Source of the DNA: Dehalococcoidia bacterium
Lineage (GTDB): Bacteria; Chloroflexota; Dehalococcoidia; UBA2979
Assembly: GCA_030684635.1 (NCBI GenBank)
Contig: JAUXUW010000129.1
Span: 1 to 63,846 of the forward strand
Direction of reading: 5' to 3'
Length of the DNA: 63,846 bases
The translations under genes and the position numbers were made by a program. The notes under the pieces are model-generated. The model made no database searches. It was not told the origin of the DNA and worked only from the letters and a program-made list of their open reading frames with translations. Shown here piece after piece: positions 30,761 through 39,503 of this stretch (the stretch's first letter is position 1; each line of letters starts with the position of its first letter).

Positions 30761-30807
30761 ACCGTAGAACTAGCGTTCTTGCCTGTCAAGAACGCTAGTT
30801 CTACTAT
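30761..30807. promoter_or_regulatory. Perfect palindrome with two GAAC-N4-GTTC (SOS/Cheo-type) boxes embedded in back-to-back promoters
   Basis: GTAGAACTAGCGTTCTTG-cctgtc-CAAGAACGCTAGTTCTAC (30764-30805). Plus strand: TTGCCT (30779-84), 17 nt, TACTAT (30802-07). Minus strand: TTGACA (30789-84), 17 nt, TACGGT (30766-61). Each 17-nt spacer contains one GAAC-N4-GTTC box (30767-78 and 30790-801). Confidence 0.6.
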
Positions 30808-30852
30808 CATCCGCTCGCTAGACCCCCCGTTCCGTGGAAGGGAGACCCCGCC

Positions 30853-31320
30853 ATGCCGCGACTCGAACGACCGCACTTCGACCCGTCGTACGGCATCACC
30901 GGCGAGCCGGAGGGTGCCTCCTGGCCCCTTACGGAGGCGAAGCTGGCCGCGTCGAGGAACTACTGGGTCGCCACCACCCGGAAGGACGGCGCGCCGCACG
31001 CGAAGCCGGTCTGGGGGCTGTGGCAGAACGGCGCGCTCTGGTTCGGCTGCGCGGCAAACTCCGTCACCGGCCGCAACCTGGCGCGCGACCCGCGCATCGC
31101 GGTCCACCTGGAGAGCGGCGACGACACGGTCATCCTCGAAGGCCGCGTACAGGTGATCGCGCCCACGCCCGAACTGGTACTGGACTACAACCGCAAGTAC
31201 GCGCAGCCGGACGACCAGGAGGCGGAGGGCGCCGCGTGGTACCGCTTCGCGCCCTCCGTCGCGCTCACCTGGCTGGAGAGCGATTTCCTCAAGACCGCGG
31301 CACGCTGGGTGTTCGACTAG
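30853..31320 (+). CDS. Pyridoxamine 5-prime-phosphate oxidase (PPOX)-family / FMN- or F420-binding split-barrel protein
   Basis: 155 aa, ...YWVATTRKDGAPHAKPVWGLWQNGALWF...RNLARDPRIAVHLESGDDTVILEG. SD GGAAGGGAG lies upstream. Confidence 0.8.
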   Translation: MPRLERPHFDPSYGITGEPEGASWPLTEAKLAASRNYWVATTRKDGAPHAKPVWGLWQNGALWFGCAANSVTGRNLARDPRIAVHLESGDDTVILEGRVQVIAPTPELVLDYNRKYAQPDDQEAEGAAWYRFAPSVALTWLESDFLKTAARWVFD

Positions 31321-31567
31321 ATCGAGGAGTTCGTGCACGACGCCTGGTTCCTCACCGCCCCGAAGCGGCTCCGCACCACATTGATGTGATCGGCGTCGAT
31401 CCGCACCCGCAGGGAACCCCCGGGGCGCCCCTCAGCGTCTGAGAGACAGTCGAGAGCGATTTCGATCATCCGCTAAGATGCATTAACCGCTGATCACGCT
31501 TCCACCACCGGCGGTTGCCGACCCCAGTCTGCCTGCGCAGCGCCCCGAGCGGTGCCGATCCCGGAGC

Positions 31568-32857
31568 GTGACCGTGACTGACTCCCGATTCCAGATCACC
31601 CGCCGGCGGCTGCTGGGGACCGCTGCGGGCCTCGCGGCCGCGGCAGCGCTGCCCGGGTCGATCTTCGCCCGCGAGGCCACGAGCCCGGCGACGGCGCGCA
31701 TCCCGCGGCTCGCCGGCACCCGTCCGCGTCACCTGGCATGGGTGTGGCAGTTCCGCCACGACGGCGACCCGGTCGCGATCCGCGACAACCTCGCCGCGCA
31801 CGGCCTCGGCGTGGTCCTGAAGACGCACGACGGCGTGCAGTGGATGTCGCGCTACGACCCCACCGACAACGCCGTTAAGGGGCCGAAGAGCGTGGAGCAG
31901 TTCGCGCGGTTCTTCGAGGACGGCGGCGTCCCCTTCCATGCCTGGACGGTCGTGAAGGGCTCCAACGTGGAGCGCGAAGCGCAACTGGCGTCCGAGGTGC
32001 TGGACGCGGGCGCCCGTAGCCTCTTCCTGGACCTGGAGGCGCACGCCGGCTTCTGGGTGGGCACCACCAACGACGCGACGAAGTATGGCGAGCGCCTGCG
32101 GGCGCTCCAGTCGAACGCGCGGCTCTCCACCTCGATCGACCCACGTCCGTGGGAGATCGACCGCATCCCGCTGGCGGAGTTTGCCGCGTTCACGGACGAG
32201 ATCTCGCCGCAGGTGTACTGGGGCATGTTCGGATCGAAGGCGAACCTCGTGAAGTACGCACTCGCCGGCGATGTCCCGGATGAGTCCGGCGTCACCCCCG
32301 CGTTCGTCCTCGCCTCCGCGATGCGAAAGCTCGAGGCCGTGGGGCTCCCGATCCACCCGATCGGCGACGGCACGGTGCTGCGTGACCCGGCATGGCCCGA
32401 GTTCCTCGAGCAGTCCTACGGCGCGCGCGCCGACGCGGTCTCCGTCTGGCGCTACGGCGTCGTCGAGCCGGCGATCTGGGAGTTCCTCCGCGACAACCCG
32501 CCGCGTGCCGGCTTCGAGATCTACGTCGTCCAGCCGGGCGACTCGCTCGGCCGGATCGCGGCGCGCTACGGCACCACCGTCGAGGAAGTCGCCGCCGAAA
32601 ACGAGATCACGAACCCGAACCTGATCCACGTCGGAATGGAGTTGCGCGTCCCGAGCACCGGTGGTGCGGCGGCCCCGTCCGGCACGACCTCGACACCCCC
32701 CGCCGCGACCTCGGGCGGGACGTACACGGTGCAGTCCGGCGACACGCTGGGACACATCGCGGAGCGCCTCGGCGTCAGCACCGCGCGACTGCAGGAGGCG
32801 AACGGGCTCACGAACCCGAACGCCCTCCACATCGGGCAGGTGCTGATCGTCCCGTAG
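31568..32857 (+). CDS. Tat-secreted protein with an N-terminal glycoside-hydrolase-like domain and two C-terminal LysM domains
   Basis: GTG start. Twin-arginine signal ITRRRLLGTAAGLAAAAALPGSIFA. Two LysM repeats: YVVQPGDSLGRIAARYGTTVEEVAAENEI...VGMELRVP and YTVQSGDTLGHIAERLGVSTARLQEANGL...IGQVLIVP. Confidence 0.8.
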   Translation: MTVTDSRFQITRRRLLGTAAGLAAAAALPGSIFAREATSPATARIPRLAGTRPRHLAWVWQFRHDGDPVAIRDNLAAHGLGVVLKTHDGVQWMSRYDPTDNAVKGPKSVEQFARFFEDGGVPFHAWTVVKGSNVEREAQLASEVLDAGARSLFLDLEAHAGFWVGTTNDATKYGERLRALQSNARLSTSIDPRPWEIDRIPLAEFAAFTDEISPQVYWGMFGSKANLVKYALAGDVPDESGVTPAFVLASAMRKLEAVGLPIHPIGDGTVLRDPAWPEFLEQSYGARADAVSVWRYGVVEPAIWEFLRDNPPRAGFEIYVVQPGDSLGRIAARYGTTVEEVAAENEITNPNLIHVGMELRVPSTGGAAAPSGTTSTPPAATSGGTYTVQSGDTLGHIAERLGVSTARLQEANGLTNPNALHIGQVLIVP

Positions 32858-32868
32858 GCCGTACCGCG

Positions 32869-35073
32869 CTAGATCTGGGCGATGATCTCGTCCAGCCCGG
32901 TCTCCCAGGCGTGCGTGGCGTCCGCCACGGCGACATCGATCGGCCCGAGGCGCAGGCGGTCGCCACTGACCACCCCCAGCACCGTCGCCGGCACGCCCGC
33001 GGCCTCCGCGAGCGCCGCCACCGCCCCCGGCTCCGCCGTGGCGACGAGGAAGCGCGACTGCGCCTCGCCGAACAGCGCCCCATCTAGCCGGTCGCCAACC
33101 TCGATGCCCGCGGCGTCGATCCCCGCGCCCGCGGCGATGCACATCTCCGCCAGCGCCACGGCCAGGCCGCCGTCCGCCAGGTCATGCGCGGCCGTCAGGC
33201 GGCCGGTGCCATGTAGCGTCAGCACCGCGTCCTGCACCCGTGCCTCGTGCGCGAGGTCGATCCTCGGGCGTCCGGCCAGCCGGGCGAGTGTCAGCCACTG
33301 GTACTCCGACCCGGCCAGCGTGGCGGCTCCCTGCGGCACGTCCGCACCGAGCAGGACGATGCTGTCACCGACGTTCGGGCGGATCGTCAGCCGCGTTGTC
33401 ACGTCCTGCAGGATGCCGACCATGCCGATCGAGGGCGTCGGCAGCACCGAGCCGCCGGGCGCCTCGTTGTAGAGCGAGGCGTTGCCGGAGATCACCGGGG
33501 CGTTCAGTACGCGCGCCGCCTCCGACAGGCCGATGATCGCCTCCTCCAGCTGGTAGGCGATCTCCGGCTTCTCCGGGTTCCCGAAGTTCAGGCAGTCGGT
33601 GAGCGCCGCCGGGCGGGCGCCGGTCGCCACCACGTTGCGGGCGGCCTCCGCGACCGCGATCGCGCCGCCCGCGCGCGGGTCCAGCGCGACCATGCGGCCG
33701 TTGCAGTCGGTGGAGACGGCGATGCCTCGGCGGGACTGCTTCAGCCGCAGCACCGCCGCGTCACCGCCGGGGCGGACCACGGTGTTGTTCTGCACCTGGT
33801 GGTCGTACTGCCGGTAGATCCAGCGACGGCTCGCGAGGTTCTCGGAGCCCAGCAGCCGGAGCAGCGCGCCGGAGGCGTCCGTCACGTCCGGCTGCGCGGC
33901 GAGATCCTCGTTCTGGATGCGGTCGAGGTCGGCGGGCCGCACGCCGATCGGCGGGTACTGCGGCGGGTCCACCAGGATGCCGATCGGGATGCGCGCGACG
34001 ACCTGGTCGCCGTCCCTGATCGTCGCCATCCGGTCGTCCGTGACCACACCGATGACGTCGGCGTGCAGTTCCCAGCGGCGGAAGTGGGCCAGCACGTCGT
34101 CCAGGTGCTCACGCTTGGGGATCACCAGCATCCGCTCCTGCGACTCGGACAGCATCACCTCGTACGGCGTCATCCCCTGCGCCCGCCGCGGCACGCGCGC
34201 CACATCGATCTCGATCCCGGTGCCGGCGCGGTTCGCCGCCTCCACCGCGGAGGAGGTGAGCCCGGCCGCGCCGAGGTCCTGAAGGCCCTCGATCCAGTCC
34301 TTGTGCTGCTCGGCCAGTTCGCAGCACGCCTCCATCAGCAGCTTCTCCATGAACGGATTGCCCACCTGCACGGCGGGCCGGCGCTCGCCCGAGTCAGCGG
34401 CGAGTTCGACCGACGCGAACGTCGCGCCGTGGATGCCGTCGCGGCCCGTGTCGGCGCCCACGAGGACGAGCGGGTTGCCGGCCCCGGCGGCGGAGGCGGA
34501 GAGCAGGTGCTCCCGTCGCCCGATGCCGACGCACATCGCGTTCACCAGCGGGTTGCCGGAGTAGGCCGGGTGCATCTGCACCTCCCCGCCCACGGTGGGC
34601 ACGCCGATGCAGTTGCCGTAGCCGCCGATGCCTGCCACCACGCCGCGGAACAGCCGGCGGTTGGCGCGCTCGGTCAGAGGCCCGAAGCGAAGCGAGTCGA
34701 GCAGCGCGACCGGGCGCATTCCCATCGCGAAGATGTCGCGGAGGATGCCGCCGACACCCGTCGCCGCGCCCTCATACGGTTCGAGCGCGCTCGGGTGGTT
34801 GTGGGACTCCATCTTGAAGACGGCCACCCACCCATCACCCAGGTCGATCGCCCCCGCGTTCTCCTCGCCCGCCTTGGTCAGGACGTACGGGCCGGTCGAG
34901 GGGAAGTGGTGAAACAACGGCCGCGAGTGCTTGTACCCGCAGTGCTCCGACCAGAGCGCCCCGGCCATGCCCAACTCGACATCGGTCGGTTCTCGGTCGA
35001 GGAGGTCGAGGAGCCGTGCGTATTCGTCGCGCGACATCGCGACCTGTTGGAGGACGTGGTCGTCGACGGGCAT
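32869..35073 (-). CDS. purL: Phosphoribosylformylglycinamidine synthase subunit PurL
   Basis: ATG at 35071-35073 gives MPVDDHVLQQVAMSRDEYARLLDLLDREPTDVELGMAGALWSEHCGYKHS... (734 aa). The 275-aa upstream extension in the ORF track overlaps purQ. Confidence 0.95.
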   Translation of the reverse strand: MPVDDHVLQQVAMSRDEYARLLDLLDREPTDVELGMAGALWSEHCGYKHSRPLFHHFPSTGPYVLTKAGEENAGAIDLGDGWVAVFKMESHNHPSALEPYEGAATGVGGILRDIFAMGMRPVALLDSLRFGPLTERANRRLFRGVVAGIGGYGNCIGVPTVGGEVQMHPAYSGNPLVNAMCVGIGRREHLLSASAAGAGNPLVLVGADTGRDGIHGATFASVELAADSGERRPAVQVGNPFMEKLLMEACCELAEQHKDWIEGLQDLGAAGLTSSAVEAANRAGTGIEIDVARVPRRAQGMTPYEVMLSESQERMLVIPKREHLDDVLAHFRRWELHADVIGVVTDDRMATIRDGDQVVARIPIGILVDPPQYPPIGVRPADLDRIQNEDLAAQPDVTDASGALLRLLGSENLASRRWIYRQYDHQVQNNTVVRPGGDAAVLRLKQSRRGIAVSTDCNGRMVALDPRAGGAIAVAEAARNVVATGARPAALTDCLNFGNPEKPEIAYQLEEAIIGLSEAARVLNAPVISGNASLYNEAPGGSVLPTPSIGMVGILQDVTTRLTIRPNVGDSIVLLGADVPQGAATLAGSEYQWLTLARLAGRPRIDLAHEARVQDAVLTLHGTGRLTAAHDLADGGLAVALAEMCIAAGAGIDAAGIEVGDRLDGALFGEAQSRFLVATAEPGAVAALAEAAGVPATVLGVVSGDRLRLGPIDVAVADATHAWETGLDEIIAQI

Positions 35074-35165
35074 GCGCGCACCCTCGGAGGCAGGTCGGGG
35101 AGGAGATGCGTCGAGCGTACCAGTGGGCGGACGCAGGCGGGAGTCAGGCGCGCGGGTTCCGCGCC

Positions 35166-35861
35166 CTAGACGCGAGCCCCGACGGCCGCCAGCGCGGAGC
35201 GCCAGATCGCGTTGCCGTCCTCGTTGCCGAGCAGCGCCTCGCAGGACCGCTCCGGGTGCGGCATCAGACCGAGCACGTTGCCCCGCTCGTTGAGGATCCC
35301 GGCGATGCCGTGCACGGAGCCGTTCGGGTTCGCCTCGGGGGTGATCCGGCCGTCCAGCGTCCCGTAGCGGAACGCGATGCGGTCGCTGTCCTCCAGCATG
35401 CGCACGGTCGCCTCGTCCGCCGTGTAGCGGCCCTCGCCGTGCGAGACCGGGGTCATGTAGCCGCGGCCGGCGTCCAGCCCGCTTGTGAAGGGCGAGGTGC
35501 GGTTGACCGGCACGATGTAAGAGTCCTGACAGCGGAACTGGAGCGACTCGTTCCGCATCAGCACCCCGGGCAGTAGGCCGGCCTCGCAGAGGATCTGGAA
35601 GCCGTTGCAGATGCCGATCACCAGCCCGCCCGCCTCCGCATGGCGCCGGACGGCCGCCATGATCGGGGAGAAGCGCGCGATCGCCCCGCAGCGCAGGTAG
35701 TCGCCGTACGAGAAGCCGCCGGGCAGGACGACCAGTTCGTCCGGGGCGATCTCCGTCTCGCGGTGCCAGACCCGACGCGACTCGATGCCGACTTGCTGGA
35801 GCGCCCAGACACAGTCGCCATCGCTCCAGGTGCCGGGAAACACGAGGACTGCGGCACGCAT
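35166..35861 (-). CDS. purQ: Phosphoribosylformylglycinamidine synthase subunit PurQ (glutaminase)
   Basis: ATG at 35859-35861 gives MRAAVLVFPGTWSDGDC...VLPGGFSYGDYLR...GICNGFQIL...MPHPER. Confidence 0.93.
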   Translation of the reverse strand: MRAAVLVFPGTWSDGDCVWALQQVGIESRRVWHRETEIAPDELVVLPGGFSYGDYLRCGAIARFSPIMAAVRRHAEAGGLVIGICNGFQILCEAGLLPGVLMRNESLQFRCQDSYIVPVNRTSPFTSGLDAGRGYMTPVSHGEGRYTADEATVRMLEDSDRIAFRYGTLDGRITPEANPNGSVHGIAGILNERGNVLGLMPHPERSCEALLGNEDGNAIWRSALAAVGARV

Positions 35862-35937
35862 CGGCGGCTCCAGGGTCGAGAGGGAGGCGAGACCACAAGT
35901 ATAGACGGGGCCCCGCCTGCGCTCACGCGGTCGACGG

Positions 35938-38211
35938 CTAGATGTCGTCCTCGCCACGCACGGGACGGTCGGGCTGGCGGGACGTCGGACGCGGGAGGGC
36001 CGGCTGTGACGGCGGGACCGGCGCGGGTGCCGCCGTCGCAGCCTCGATCGCGGGAGGCGCGGCCGGAGTGCGGCGCGCCTCGATCTCCCGCTTCGTCGGC
36101 TGCGGGTACTCCACGCGCGGGTGGTACACGGCGCCGAGCGCGAGCGTGAACGACTCGACGACGACCCGGAGGTCGCGCAGCGACAGGTCGCACTCGTCGA
36201 ACTGGCCCTCCTCCAGGCGCTCGCGGACCACCGCCTCCACGATCTCGCGGATGCGGTCGCCCGATCGGTCCGGCGCGGCGCGCACGGTCGCCTCGCACGA
36301 GTCGGCCAGCATCACCAGCGCCGTCTCCCGGCTCTGTGGTTTCGGGCCGGGGTAGCGGAACAGGTCCGGGTTCACCTCGGGGTCCACCTCCGCCGCGCGG
36401 CGGTAGAAGAACGCAACGAGGCGCGTGCCGTGGTGCTGAGGAATGAACTGCACGACCGCCTCCGGCAGGCGGTGCTTCCGCGCCAGTTCCACGCCCGCGG
36501 TGACATGCAGCATGATCACCCGCGACGATTGGAGGGGGTCCAGCGCCTCGTGCGGATTGGCGCTATCGCCAAAGTTCTCCACGAACAGGGACGGCGCGTG
36601 GAGCTTCCCGATGTCGTGGTAGTAGGCGCCGACACGCACGAGGAGCGCGTCCGCACCGATGCGGTCTGCCGCGCGCTCGGCCAGGTTGCCGACCAGCATC
36701 GAGTGCTGAAAGGTGCCGGGGGCTTCGTCCTGGAGACGGCGGAGTAGCGGGTGGTTGAGCTGCACCAGTTCCATCAGTTCGACGCGCGTGATGATCCCGA
36801 ACGGGCGGCTGAGCAGCACCACCACTCCGACCGCCAGCAGCGCCGCGAAGATCCCGCCGATCGCCGTCGTGCCGGCGATCCACACGGCATCCAGCCACTC
36901 CCGGTCCGGATCCAGGAACAGGACCGCCGCGGCGCCCAGCGCGGCAGCGGCAGCGGCAGCCAGCCCAGCGCCCAGGTAGCCCTGCAGCCGCTCGATGCGC
37001 GCCACTGAGTACGCTCCCGCCAGCCCCCCCGCACCGGTCGCGAGCAGCAGTCTGACCGTCTCAAGTTGCGAGGCGACGCCGGACCAGCCGAACACGGGGA
37101 CGGACGTGGAGATGAACCCCACCAGCGCCGCCAGCAGCCCGGCGATCAGGACCGCGGAGCCGATATCGAGCAGGACTGCCGCCGCGATCGGCGCTGCGGC
37201 CAGCGGCAGCGCGTGCGCCAGGAACAGCCGGTCTGAGTCCGGCACGGTCAACGTCAACGAGAACTTCGCGATCGCGACCGGGGCCACCAGCAACATGACG
37301 AACAACACGCGCCGCCCCGCCCCGCCGCGGATCGAGGGCGGACGCACGGTCAGCACGTGCGCGCCCAGCGCCGCGCCGGCGAGCAGGGCCGCGATCGCCG
37401 CACTCGTGATCGCCGACCGCGTCGCCGTGTCCTGCTTCAGCCCCAACCGCTCAATCGCCTCCACACCGGCCTCATCAATCGGCGTGCCGGCCGGGATCAC
37501 GACCTGTCCGGCGGTGTAGGCCGCCACCACGGGCGGCGTATTCGCGCGCGCCTCGCGGCGCAGCGCCTCGGTGCGCTCTTCCGAGACGATGAGCGTCGGC
37601 ACGACCAGCGGATCCATGAGTTCGGTCAGCGCCAGTGCTTCGTCCACGCTCAGCAGGGGAGAGAGGAAGCCGGAGGCGCGGGTGCGGGCGGCGGCGGTCT
37701 CCTCCGGCCCCACGGCGCCAGTCAGCGTGCGCGAGAGCGCGTTCTGCGCCTCGGTCTGCAGCGCGACCCAGCGCTGCGGCTCAGCCGCGGCCAGTACGGA
37801 GGCGGACGCCTCCGACAGGCTCGCGCCCGGGATCGCGCGGATCTGCGTCTCGCGAGCCGAAGCGGAGAGCCCTGTGTCGTTCCGCTGTTGGCTGATCGCC
37901 TGCATGATCCGATCGAGTTCGGCCAGCTGCCGGTCGCGGATCTCCGGGTCCAGGATCAGGACCTCCCGGATCACGGAGGCCGCCTGCTCCCGCACCTGTG
38001 CCGTCCGCACCACCGACTCGTACGACAGATCCCGAGGCGCCGTGATCGGCTGGTCGAGCGTGACGCCCACCTCCAGGCGCTGCCCGCCGGGGTACCAGGG
38101 GAAGAGCACCGCAAAGAGCGCCACGCTGGCGAAGACGGCCACGGTGAGCGCCGCCCGGCCACGCGGGTCGCCGGTGTTCTCTGGGGTGAAGGGCAGGGAG
38201 CGGGTAGCCAT
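35938..38211 (-). CDS. 7TM-receptor HD-domain phosphohydrolase (PgpH/YqfF-like)
   Basis: 757 aa with an extracellular N-domain, about 7 TM helices, and a C-terminal HD domain: HSMLVGNLAERAA...GAYYHDIGK...HHG. Confidence 0.88.
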   Translation of the reverse strand: MATRSLPFTPENTGDPRGRAALTVAVFASVALFAVLFPWYPGGQRLEVGVTLDQPITAPRDLSYESVVRTAQVREQAASVIREVLILDPEIRDRQLAELDRIMQAISQQRNDTGLSASARETQIRAIPGASLSEASASVLAAAEPQRWVALQTEAQNALSRTLTGAVGPEETAAARTRASGFLSPLLSVDEALALTELMDPLVVPTLIVSEERTEALRREARANTPPVVAAYTAGQVVIPAGTPIDEAGVEAIERLGLKQDTATRSAITSAAIAALLAGAALGAHVLTVRPPSIRGGAGRRVLFVMLLVAPVAIAKFSLTLTVPDSDRLFLAHALPLAAAPIAAAVLLDIGSAVLIAGLLAALVGFISTSVPVFGWSGVASQLETVRLLLATGAGGLAGAYSVARIERLQGYLGAGLAAAAAAALGAAAVLFLDPDREWLDAVWIAGTTAIGGIFAALLAVGVVVLLSRPFGIITRVELMELVQLNHPLLRRLQDEAPGTFQHSMLVGNLAERAADRIGADALLVRVGAYYHDIGKLHAPSLFVENFGDSANPHEALDPLQSSRVIMLHVTAGVELARKHRLPEAVVQFIPQHHGTRLVAFFYRRAAEVDPEVNPDLFRYPGPKPQSRETALVMLADSCEATVRAAPDRSGDRIREIVEAVVRERLEEGQFDECDLSLRDLRVVVESFTLALGAVYHPRVEYPQPTKREIEARRTPAAPPAIEAATAAPAPVPPSQPALPRPTSRQPDRPVRGEDDI

Positions 38212-38240
38212 CGGGGTGATGCCGGCGTCGGGCCGGGCGG

Positions 38241-38687
38241 TCAGCCGCCCAGCAGTTCGCGCGCGATCTGGTTCACCCGCCCGCCGTCCGCGCGTCCAGC
38301 GATCTTCGCGATCAGCGGCCGCATGATCTTGCCGACGTCACCCGCGCCGGAGGCGCCAGTCTCCGCGATCACGCTGCGCGCCAGATCGCGGATCTCGTCG
38401 TCGCTCAGTTGCGTCGGGAGAAAGGTGGTGATGACGTCCAGCTCCTGCTGCTCCTTCGCGGAGAGGTCGGAGCGGCCGGCCTTGTCGTACTCGGTGATCG
38501 AGTCGCGGCGCTGCTTCGCCTCCTTCTGGAGGACACGGATCGTGTCGGCGTCCTCAAGGAGACGGCCCGCCTCGATGCGCGCGTTCTCGAGCGCGGCAAT
38601 GAGCAGACGCAGCGCGTCGCGGCGGACGGTGTCACCCGCCTTCCACGCAGTGGTCATCTCGGTACGGATGGTCTCCTGGATCGACAT
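38241..38687 (-). CDS. GatB/YqeY-domain protein
   Basis: ATG at 38685-38687 behind GGGAGG gives MSIQETIRTEMTTAWKAGDTVRRDALRLLIAALENA... Follows rpsU, as in Bacillus-type synteny. Confidence 0.85.
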   Translation of the reverse strand: MSIQETIRTEMTTAWKAGDTVRRDALRLLIAALENARIEAGRLLEDADTIRVLQKEAKQRRDSITEYDKAGRSDLSAKEQQELDVITTFLPTQLSDDEIRDLARSVIAETGASGAGDVGKIMRPLIAKIAGRADGGRVNQIARELLGG

Positions 38688-38762
38688 ACGGCCTCCCGGA
38701 TCGGGGCGATGCGCCAGAGACATCTCGCCCCGGCGCGTCGGCCGGGGCGGGTCGATGGGCGA

Positions 38763-38972
38763 CTACGCCGCAGTGCGACGCGCCTGGCGGATGATCGCCT
38801 TGCGCATCTTGCGGCGGCGGGCCGCTTCCTTCTTCTTACGGCGCTCGGACGGCTTCTCGTAGAACTCATGCCGGCGCGCGTCGGTCAGGATCCCGTCGGC
38901 CTGCACCCGCTTGTTGAAGCGCCGCAGCGCGGACTCCAGGGACTCAGAGTCGCCGACGTAGACTTCGCTCAC
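38763..38972 (-). CDS. rpsU: 30S ribosomal protein S21
   Basis: GTG at 38970-38972 gives [48 protein letters not shown] (69 aa). Confidence 0.85.
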   Translation of the reverse strand: MSEVYVGDSESLESALRRFNKRVQADGILTDARRHEFYEKPSERRKKKEAARRRKMRKAIIRQARRTAA

Positions 38973-39050
38973 TCGTACCACCCCCGCCAGCGGGCCTCGC
39001 CCGCCGGTCACTTGCTCTGGTCAGGCGCTCATCACAGGCGCGCATCAAAC

Positions 39051-39080
39051 ATCGTATGGAACCTCTGCGCCGGAGGTCAA
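39051..39080 (-). promoter_or_regulatory. Candidate sigma-70-type promoter for rpsU-yqeY
   Basis: The minus strand reads TTGACC (39080-39075), 18 nt, TACGAT (39056-39051), about 80 nt upstream of the rpsU start. Confidence 0.4.
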
Positions 39081-39116
39081 TCGCGGCGGCGCCCCTCGAA
39101 CCCCCACAGACACAGC

Positions 39117-39138
39117 GACGCGGCCGGTGGGCCGCGTC
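39117..39138 (-). terminator. Candidate terminator hairpin at the end of the cytochrome bc operon
   Basis: GACGCGGCC-ggtg-GGCCGCGTC forms a 9-bp perfect stem 22 nt downstream of the stop at 39160. On the minus strand it is followed by GCUGUGUCUGUG. Confidence 0.45.
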
Positions 39139-39159
39139 GTGCGGTGCCTGAGTGACGGG

Positions 39160-39303
39160 CTAGTCGGCGGAGGGGAGCACCTTCGGCTGGAGCTCTTCCA
39201 TCCCGCGACCGTTCACGTTCAGGTTGCAGTCACCCGGCTTGATGCAGAGCACCTCAACGCCGGAAACATCGTCCTTGTAGCGCTTACCCAGTGCAACAGC
39301 CAT
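39160..39303 (-). CDS. Small protein (47 aa), degenerate paralog of the upstream zinc-ribbon mini-protein
   Basis: ATG at 39301-39303 is directly behind AGGAGG. MAVALGKRYKDDVSGVEVLCIKPGDCNLNVNGRGMEELQPKVLPSAD shares the MA..GKRY start with its neighbour. Confidence 0.5.
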   Translation of the reverse strand: MAVALGKRYKDDVSGVEVLCIKPGDCNLNVNGRGMEELQPKVLPSAD

Positions 39304-39313
39304 CTGGCGCCTC

Positions 39314-39433
39314 CTACAACTGCTCGAGCGGCGTCTCGCCGCAGCGAAGTTCGGCGTCTTCAGCGCCCTTAGTGACAATGAACTCGGCGCCGCAGTTCGG
39401 GCACCGGTACCGCTTACCGGTCGTCGCAGCCAT
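39314..39433 (-). CDS. Small zinc-ribbon/desulforedoxin-like protein (39 aa)
   Basis: ATG at 39431-39433 behind GAGGGGGAG. MAATTGKRYRCPNCGAEFIVTKGAEDAELRCGETPLEQL has a CxxC knuckle plus a third Cys. Confidence 0.55.
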   Translation of the reverse strand: MAATTGKRYRCPNCGAEFIVTKGAEDAELRCGETPLEQL

Positions 39434-39503
39434 TCGTCTCCCCCTCTTGTCCCTGAGCGAGCATTCCCGTGGGCGGCGTCCGGTCGCCCGGACGCCCCGC
39501 CCG

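Noticed and set aside
31466-33142. 558-aa minus-strand ORF.
   Set aside because: It is antisense to the Tat/LysM protein, whose signal peptide and LysM repeats are unmistakable. Its composition is almost pure R/G/A/P/D.
33247-35169. 640-aa plus-strand ORF. The 196-aa ORF at 32882-33472 has the same problem.
   Set aside because: It is antisense to purL, whose identity is certain.
35074-35898. N-terminal 275-aa extension of the purL ORF. Similar long extensions occur on rplV, rplB, the deacetylase, the M23 peptidase, folK, comF's downstream neighbour and the CoA-binding protein.
   Set aside because: The extensions overlap the upstream genes in another frame and are Arg/Pro/Gly-rich. The conserved N-termini begin at internal ATG/GTG codons with SD sequences or 1-4-nt overlaps.
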